From an uncultured Ignavibacteriota bacterium (GTDB taxonomy: Bacteria > Bacteroidota > Ignavibacteria > Palsa-1295): a stretch of 64,000 bases of DNA. Made by a program: the position numbers and the translations under genes. Below are positions 57,857-64,000 of this stretch, piece by piece (position 1 is the first letter of the stretch; the number at the start of each line of letters is the position of its first letter). The DNA lies in contig CAIUMP010000044.1 of assembly GCA_903900335.1 (NCBI GenBank), positions 98,686-162,685 on the forward strand, in the 5' to 3' direction. The notes under the pieces were generated by a model, which saw only the letters and a program-made list of their open reading frames with translations, was not told the origin of the DNA and did not search any database.

Positions 57857-60232
57857 TTAGAACTCCACACGGAAGCCACCGTACGGGAACAGCCCGAGTT
57901 GATTGATGTGCGTGATCGAATGTGTTCGGGGGTCGTAAGAATAGATCAGTACATTCGAGTGGTTGATGGCATTTTCAGCAGTGAAGAATCCGACGATGGA
58001 CACGGCTCCGAGGTTCTGCCGGAATTCTACTTTCACGTCGAGCCGCTGATAGGTCGGGTAACGCTCGGAGAATGGCTTTGAGTCATCGAAGTACTGTGGT
58101 CCGAATTCGCCGGAGCTGTTGAACATGCGCGCTCGAACGGTATCAATGGGAGTGTACGGTGCCCCACCAGCGAGGGTGAACTTGCTGGAGAACTCGATGG
58201 AGAACGTCGGCGAGAGTTTCCACTCGTAGCCTGCCAATAGGTTCACGATGTACTGGTTATCGAATGCGCCGTCGTGCCAGATGCCATCAGAGCCTGTGAA
58301 CTGCTGGCGGAAGAGTGAGCCCGTTGCCGTGAAGTAGTAGCCATCCGAGAAGTGCTTCATGAGTGTCAACTCAACACCATAGGATTTTCCGAGACCGTTG
58401 CTGGCAAGAGTCCGATCCGTCGAAACACCACCGAAATTTGCACCAGCGTTCAAGTAACTGAAGCTTGTGGCTGAATCACGATCGACCGGTGCATGGGAGA
58501 TGTCTTTGTAGTATCCTTCCGCTTTGAAGAGGAGATCGGACGCGAAGTGATTCGTGTAACCGAGGATGTAATGGATAGACTGCGTGAAATCGAGTGTACT
58601 GTTCGCAGGATTGCCGAAATAGACTACGAGTGGCTGTGCTTGACGGTGAACACCGAAGCCTACATTTAGCGATTGATCGTCGGCAAACGACCATTGCGCA
58701 CCGAAGCGAGGCTCTAGCGAAGACTTCCCGCTGATGGCGAGATAGTGATAGTGCAGACCCGTGTTGAATGCCAGATCGTTCGTCGGGCGCCATTGCCAAT
58801 TGAGGAAACTGAGCGCCTCCTCCGAAGAACCTGATGCATGGATCGAGAATGGAATTGTCCGGGCATCGCGTGTGGTGGTGCGGGATTCGTTCAGATCATA
58901 ATACGGCAGTCTTACTTCAATGCCTCCGCTAAAGTCATGCGATGTGCTTGCCGAGTAGTTTAGTGAGTACTTGAGGGAATGCGCCGCTTCTTTCGAATCG
59001 CTCGTGTAGAAGAGGTTCTTGTCGAGAAGCTTGTAATCAGGTGTTGAGGTGAGCGAATCTACGGTAGTCTGATAGGTTTGATATACTGTGCTGAGGGCCA
59101 GTGTCCCGATCGCGCGTTCGTTGAATATATGCTTCCATGTTGCTCCGAGCACACCAAGCTCGGAGCCGTTAGTGATATCGAAGTCACCCGTTAGGACAGT
59201 GTCCTGCGTGCTTTGATTGATGGCGATGGTACTGCGTCCACCCAGTCCGATGATACCGAGAGCATCGCTTTGGCCAAGCGGTACATCCGCCTTGATGCTC
59301 AGATCGTCATACTTCGGTACGCCAGCGAAGCCAAAGTCTATGCCGAGTGCATTGAAAATTTGCAGCGTCGATTTACGATAACTAACGATGAACGAACTGC
59401 CCGGAACGAAGAGCGGTCCTTCTGCCATGCCTTCGAACCCAGCGAAGCCCATCTGCGCGACGTATTCAAATCGCTCGGAATTCCCTTTTCGCGTTCGTAA
59501 GTCGAAGACTCCGGAGATCTTGTTGCCGTACTCGGCTGGGAATGCACCAGTAAGAAAATCGCTGTTGCTCAGCAGATTCATATTGATCGCATTGACGGGA
59601 CCGCCAGTAGCCCCTTGCGTTGCGAAGTGGTTCGGGTTCGGGATGTCAATGCCATCGAGCCGCCATAGCAACTCCATTGGTGAGCCACCACGAATGATGA
59701 TGTCATTGCGCTGATCATTTGCGCCAACGACACCGGCGAACGTCTGTGCCATTCGTGCGGGATCTTCCCGGCTTCCAGCAAAGCGCTTGGCCTCATCCAC
59801 ACTGAACGTTGTCGCGCTGACGAGCGCCGCCTCGTTGATCGGGGTAAAGTTATCACCTGAGGTAACTACCACTTCCCCACCCTGCACAACCTTCGCTCGT
59901 ATGCGGAGCTCGATGACAACCTGCTTTCCGCTGGTGACCAAAATATCTTGTCCGGTGGTCTCGTACCCAAAGAGCGAGGCTTCCAATTGATGTCGGCCGA
60001 CCGGTACTCCTTCGATTCGAAATGTGCCATCTGCTTTGGATTTGCCGCCGAGTTTGCTCCCGAGGAGGCGCACCTTCGCCCCAGCCACCGGCTGCTGATC
60101 GTCGAAGTCAATGACAGTACCTTTGACTGTCTGCACAGGTCCCGTGGTCTCCTGAGCCTTAAGCAGCAAAGGAGGCGCGATTGCGGAGATGCACAGTGCG
60201 CATACAACGGTGAGTAGAAAATGAGCTTTCAT
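57857..60232 (-). CDS. TonB-dependent receptor with N-terminal CarboxypepD_reg-like domain
   Basis: VKGTVID, DG.FRIEGVPVGR, DPARMA..FAGV, NDIIIRG, IPNPNHF, GAFPAEYGN; C-terminal FRVEF. Confidence 0.92.
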   Translation of the reverse strand: MKAHFLLTVVCALCISAIAPPLLLKAQETTGPVQTVKGTVIDFDDQQPVAGAKVRLLGSKLGGKSKADGTFRIEGVPVGRHQLEASLFGYETTGQDILVTSGKQVVIELRIRAKVVQGGEVVVTSGDNFTPINEAALVSATTFSVDEAKRFAGSREDPARMAQTFAGVVGANDQRNDIIIRGGSPMELLWRLDGIDIPNPNHFATQGATGGPVNAINMNLLSNSDFLTGAFPAEYGNKISGVFDLRTRKGNSERFEYVAQMGFAGFEGMAEGPLFVPGSSFIVSYRKSTLQIFNALGIDFGFAGVPKYDDLSIKADVPLGQSDALGIIGLGGRSTIAINQSTQDTVLTGDFDITNGSELGVLGATWKHIFNERAIGTLALSTVYQTYQTTVDSLTSTPDYKLLDKNLFYTSDSKEAAHSLKYSLNYSASTSHDFSGGIEVRLPYYDLNESRTTTRDARTIPFSIHASGSSEEALSFLNWQWRPTNDLAFNTGLHYHYLAISGKSSLEPRFGAQWSFADDQSLNVGFGVHRQAQPLVVYFGNPANSTLDFTQSIHYILGYTNHFASDLLFKAEGYYKDISHAPVDRDSATSFSYLNAGANFGGVSTDRTLASNGLGKSYGVELTLMKHFSDGYYFTATGSLFRQQFTGSDGIWHDGAFDNQYIVNLLAGYEWKLSPTFSIEFSSKFTLAGGAPYTPIDTVRARMFNSSGEFGPQYFDDSKPFSERYPTYQRLDVKVEFRQNLGAVSIVGFFTAENAINHSNVLIYSYDPRTHSITHINQLGLFPYGGFRVEF

Positions 60233-60249
60233 TGATTACGATGACTATC

Positions 60250-60268
60250 TAATGAACAGTGTTAAGTT
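60250..60268. promoter_or_regulatory. Putative TetR operator upstream of the TonB receptor
   Basis: TAATGAACAGTGTTAAGTT, similar to the palindrome at 60901-60919. Confidence 0.55.
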
Positions 60269-60282
60269 GACAAGAAAAAAAA

Positions 60283-60888
60283 TTATCGTCTGAGCAGGAG
60301 CAGAAAATTATCCAGGAGGGCTTTGCTCATCCCGTCCGCTACTTCCTCCGGTACGAGCACTCGCTGCTTGATTATCAGGGAGACGATCCCATGGAGCATA
60401 TTCCATATCATCAGCGAGCCGAGCTCTACGTCCTTAACGCGGAGCTTGCCTTCGGAAACGCAGGCGCTGACCACCTGACGGAGGACGTCAAACGACTGGA
60501 GCCCGGTATCCTTGCATTGTTCCTCCGCGATCACCGTCATTGGTACCTCTAGGATAAACATCAGGTCATAGAGCTTTGGGTTAGCCAATCCCCACTCGAT
60601 ATACTGTTTACAACCTGCGTAGAGGCGTTCATACGGATCGAGAATACCGCTGAGTTTGTGCTGCTCCGCTAGGAATTGGCCGAAGGCAAGGCTGTAAAGA
60701 TCGTAGAAGATCTCGTCCTTGTCACGGTAATAGAGGTATATCGTTGCTGGGCTGAACTCTATTTTCTCAGCAATGTTGCGTATGGAAAGGCTCCCCAATC
60801 CCTCAGATAGGTACAACTGCATTGCAGCATCGAGGATCATTCCTCGCATGGACTCCCGTTCTCGCGTCTTTCGTTCTTGAATTCCCAT
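60283..60888 (-). CDS. TetR/AcrR family transcriptional regulator
   Basis: MGIQERK.RERE, ILDAA, SIRNIAEKIEFSPATIYLYY.DK.EI, W..LHGIVSL. Confidence 0.93.
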   Translation of the reverse strand: MGIQERKTRERESMRGMILDAAMQLYLSEGLGSLSIRNIAEKIEFSPATIYLYYRDKDEIFYDLYSLAFGQFLAEQHKLSGILDPYERLYAGCKQYIEWGLANPKLYDLMFILEVPMTVIAEEQCKDTGLQSFDVLRQVVSACVSEGKLRVKDVELGSLMIWNMLHGIVSLIIKQRVLVPEEVADGMSKALLDNFLLLLRR

Positions 60889-60900
60889 ACGGCGCACATT

Positions 60901-60919
60901 AACTAAACGGTGTTCAGTT
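60901..60919. promoter_or_regulatory. Putative TetR autoregulatory operator
   Basis: Palindrome AACTAAAC-GGT-GTTCAGTT 12 bp upstream of the tetR ATG. Confidence 0.6.
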
Positions 60920-60976
60920 TGGTTTCGCTTCTACAAATCTTTGCTAGGTCTCTAGCTGATTCTCTTATATTCTGGG

Positions 60977-62752
60977 TTAAGCCTGGGGAAGCTCCACGAC
61001 AGAAGCTTCACGCCTTTCAATATCCTCGATCAGTTGCTTGTACTCCGGCATTTCGAGAATAGGGCCTTCGAACATCCGGAAGAGATCATAGCGTTGGAAT
61101 CCCAAGTCAAAGGCCTTGCGGACGGCCATGATCGCTTCATCCGGGCGATCCATTTGCACCCAGAGGCAACCGATGTTGAATTCCGTCATCGCGTCGCGGA
61201 TGTTGTGCAGCGAGCGAAGGTAGGTTGTCGCCCGCTCTACGTCCCCGGACCAATGCAACAGAACCGCGTAGTCTACTTTTCCTCGCTCATCGTCGGGTCG
61301 CAGACGCAGAAGGCGTTCGTATTTTGGCAACCCCGCGTTCGACCAGAACTTTAACTTGTCCCACTCCTGCGCCTTTTCGCAGCATTGACAAAGATTGAAG
61401 TAGGTGCGCGCTGCGTTGGGATCGAGCGCCAAGCACGCTTCGAACGGTGGGATCGCCAGATCGAACTGAAAACTCTCCGCATAGACAAAACCCAGGACGC
61501 TGTGACCATCCGCGCTCGTTGGCTCGCGCCGTATATACTCGTTCGCATGCGTGACAGCAGCGGCGATGTCCCCTCGGGCAAGCGCGATACGACTGCGCGT
61601 TGCTAGTGCCTCCGAGAGTGAAGGCTTCAGCGTGAGTGCCGTTCGCACCAACGCTTCTGCGTCATCGAGCAGCACGTTGCTATGATCATACGAACGGTAA
61701 AGCAACGCGAGGCAATTTGCTTTATGATTATACGCTTCAGCAAAGTCAACATCCAACTTGAGCGCTTCGGACTCCAGCGCGATAGCGTGTTCCAATCCTT
61801 CCTTCGAACCACCGCGTTGATATTCGCGGGCCTTGAGGTAGAGCTCGTAGGCTTCCGCATTTTCGGTCGACTTTGCGTTGAGAAGCGATCTACGCTCCTC
61901 GGAGCTAAGCGTAAGCGTTAGCCCGTCCACTACTTTTGCCGCAACTGCCTCCTGAATTTCGAAGATCTCCGAAAAGACGCCTTTGTGAGAGTCCTGCCAG
62001 AGATACTCGCCGCGCTCGATGTCGAGCAATGCTGCAGAGATCTTGATCTGTTCGCCGAATTTTCGAACGGAGCCTTCGATGAAGTAACGGACGTCCAGCT
62101 CGCGAGCAATCTCTGAAGTCTTCAGACTTATGTTCTTGAACTCTCGAGATGTTTTTTGGTCTATGAGCCGAAGCGATTTGATACGGCTGAGCGCACCAAT
62201 CAGCTCGGACATGAGTCCATCTGCAAACCACTCATTGTCCTTCGTAGGAGACAGATCTTCGAATGGAAGCACCATGAGCGATTTCCGCTGGTCAGACGAA
62301 CGTGCGCTGTTAGGATATTGGGTTTGTTTTGCGCTGCGATCTGAGTCCGTTGCCGGAGTTGGAGCGAAGCTTCCGACGCCGAGCTTCGTTAATGCTCGTA
62401 GGATTCCATCGAAGTTCTCGATCTTGACCCGTTGAAGGCCTGCGAGTTGGTAGTGGAAGTCATCTGTTACTTCGACTTTTTCCAATTCGATCGGGACAAT
62501 CGAACGCCTGAACTGGCTTGCTAGAGAAACTTCCTTTATGACATTCCGCGATGCGAGCGAGCGCGAGGAAAGCAAAAGACAAAACGCCCAGCACTCCTTG
62601 ATCGCACCCACGATCTCTTTGCCCCAATTCGTGGCCGCCTCGATGCCGGTCTGATCCATCCATATCTCCATTCCAGCAGCACGTAGTTTCTCGGCAAGCG
62701 CGATGGCGTGCGGAGAATCTTTGCGGGAATAGGAGATAAAAATGTCAGGCAT
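60977..62752 (-). CDS. TIR domain - TolB_N-like - TPR protein (paralog 2)
   Basis: MPDIFISYSRKDS, SRNVIKEV, RKSLMVLPFEDLSP, RYFIEGSVRKFG, NAEAYELYLK, TPRs. Confidence 0.9.
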   Translation of the reverse strand: MPDIFISYSRKDSPHAIALAEKLRAAGMEIWMDQTGIEAATNWGKEIVGAIKECWAFCLLLSSRSLASRNVIKEVSLASQFRRSIVPIELEKVEVTDDFHYQLAGLQRVKIENFDGILRALTKLGVGSFAPTPATDSDRSAKQTQYPNSARSSDQRKSLMVLPFEDLSPTKDNEWFADGLMSELIGALSRIKSLRLIDQKTSREFKNISLKTSEIARELDVRYFIEGSVRKFGEQIKISAALLDIERGEYLWQDSHKGVFSEIFEIQEAVAAKVVDGLTLTLSSEERRSLLNAKSTENAEAYELYLKAREYQRGGSKEGLEHAIALESEALKLDVDFAEAYNHKANCLALLYRSYDHSNVLLDDAEALVRTALTLKPSLSEALATRSRIALARGDIAAAVTHANEYIRREPTSADGHSVLGFVYAESFQFDLAIPPFEACLALDPNAARTYFNLCQCCEKAQEWDKLKFWSNAGLPKYERLLRLRPDDERGKVDYAVLLHWSGDVERATTYLRSLHNIRDAMTEFNIGCLWVQMDRPDEAIMAVRKAFDLGFQRYDLFRMFEGPILEMPEYKQLIEDIERREASVVELPQA

Positions 62753-63119
62753 CAGTTGAGAGTAGAAGAGACCGGATATCGCTCCGAAATCCTGTTGCGA
62801 TTCTCAGAGCGGCGACGGCGTCCTTTTCATTGGCCCATTCACCGGGGTACCGAAACTCTGCGGCGTACTGTGTTAGGCCGGCGAATGAGCTTCGCCACGC
62901 CTCCCATATCGGTTGCTTGTCAATGGCGAGATCGAGCAGGTCTTCGAGGTCGTGAGTTTTAGGAAACCGAATATCGTGCTCCTGCAAATAGCCTTTGAGA
63001 TATTTCTCCACACACTGCTGTGAAAGAAAGCAGACCAAATCTACGCTCAATCGTTCGGCATGTGCGTCGGAAAAATCGGACTCCGCCTTCTTAATCCACT
63101 CTTCGGTGATCTGCTTCAT
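62745..63119 (-). CDS. HEPN domain protein
   Basis: W..KAE.D, VCF.SQQC.EKYLKG, FPKTHDL..L, L..YA.EFRYPG. Confidence 0.88.
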   Translation of the reverse strand: MKQITEEWIKKAESDFSDAHAERLSVDLVCFLSQQCVEKYLKGYLQEHDIRFPKTHDLEDLLDLAIDKQPIWEAWRSSFAGLTQYAAEFRYPGEWANEKDAVAALRIATGFRSDIRSLLLSTDA

Positions 63120-63420
63120 ACAGTGTGCTGCCTCGATGAAGGATGTCTCCAATGAATGAATCACCGATTTCTAAACGGTGAGCGATGTCCACCGGTCTTC
63201 TGACGAACAGGTCGAGCGGAAATGGGCGACGGATCGCGCTGCGGATTTCGATCGCCTTCTCCACATTACGCTCGGCGTGATCCATAATGACTAAAAGATC
63301 CACATCGGAATCGGGGGTAGGCGTCCCATAGGCATACGAGCCGAAGAGGATGATCTTCCGCGGGGAGAATTGCTGCGCAACTGCACGGACGAATGTGTCG
63401 ATGTCGGCTCTGCTGGTCAT
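63091..63420 (-). CDS. Minimal nucleotidyltransferase (MNT)
   Basis: P.KIILFGSYAYG.P..DSDVDLLVI, P.DLFV, G..LYE. Confidence 0.9.
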   Translation of the reverse strand: MTSRADIDTFVRAVAQQFSPRKIILFGSYAYGTPTPDSDVDLLVIMDHAERNVEKAIEIRSAIRRPFPLDLFVRRPVDIAHRLEIGDSFIGDILHRGSTLYEADHRRVD

Positions 63421-63503
63421 GCTAATTCAACGAATCGAGTGGAGTGAAAATTTCACCGCAAACACGTAGATTGGGATAGTCGCTTGAATATGAGACCGAG
63501 ATG

Positions 63504-64000
63504 TCAGGCATGCGCAGTCGCCTCCTCCGTGTTTGACGCAGCCGCCGCGAGTTGCTCGGCTTCAATCTTCTCCACCATCAGTTTTACTTCTTCGTATTCG
63601 GGGGTTTGTCTCAACTTGCCGATTCCGGTATTATCCTCATCATTGAGGAACGAGCGCATCCCCTCAAGATTTACGAAACCTGATTCAATAGCTTTGCGGA
63701 ATGTCTTTAGTGATGATTCATAGTCCTTCAGTTCAGCTCGCAAGACTGCCATGTTAAATAGAGAATTCCCGTCCCGGACATTTGACAACAAACCCAATAC
63801 TTTGAGCGCATCTTCATCTCGCCCGAGCCAATGCAGAAGCATTGCTTGACAAACAATCCATGCTTCCTCGTCAGGATGAATCTTGATGTACCGCTCAAGC
63901 ACTGGGAGCGCAACCGAAGCCCAGTAAATAACGCGTTGTGGTTCATTAGCCGTATGGCAGGAAAGTGCTACGTTCACGAGGCTTGGCAAATAGTCTGACT
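63504..64000 (-). CDS. C-terminal TPR part of a third TIR-TolB_N-TPR paralog (truncated by the window edge)
   Basis: Frame open to the edge (SDYLPSLVN); W...ALP.LER.I..HPD.E, LLHW.GR, RDG..LFN.A.L, RKA..GF match the C-termini of paralogs 1 and 2. Confidence 0.75.
   Translation of the reverse strand, partial: SDYLPSLVNVALSCHTANEPQRVIYWASVALPVLERYIKIHPDEEAWIVCQAMLLHWLGRDEDALKVLGLLSNVRDGNSLFNMAVLRAELKDYESSLKTFRKAIESGFVNLEGMRSFLNDEDNTGIGKLRQTPEYEEVKLMVEKIEAEQLAAAASNTEEATAHA

Overview
Chromosomal window of a bacterium that most likely belongs to the FCB superphylum (Bacteroidota/Ignavibacteria/Kapabacteria-like). This is inferred from an atpD detached from the atp operon, a protein with a T9SS-type C-terminal sorting domain, a CarboxypepD-TonB receptor and a TAnnTTTG promoter element. 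Core genes (atpD, a por-type 2-oxoacid oxidoreductase operon, yitJ-like, xth, rho, folC, recN, rplS, tRNA-Pro(CGG), gcvP) are mostly isolated from their usual operon partners and interleaved with single accessory genes. The main highlights are: (1) three paralogous TIR-TolB_N-like-TPR genes with conserved N-termini and divergent TPR tails, two of them flanking an MNT-HEPN pair; (2) a BrnT/BrnA module bracketed by a 93-bp duplicate of the host epimerase 3' end that differs mainly at synonymous sites, followed by GIY-YIG and DUF2971 genes; (3) an Ig-stalked diheme cytochrome beside a Cyc2-like heme-porin fusion; (4) a ~270-nt multi-hairpin candidate ncRNA upstream of tRNA-Pro; (5) a YitJ-like enzyme lacking all three Zn-ligand cysteines; (6) a chromosomal AAC(6')-I-like gene. 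No CRISPR array, integrase or intact transposase was seen. All family assignments come from motif recognition by eye, not database searches.
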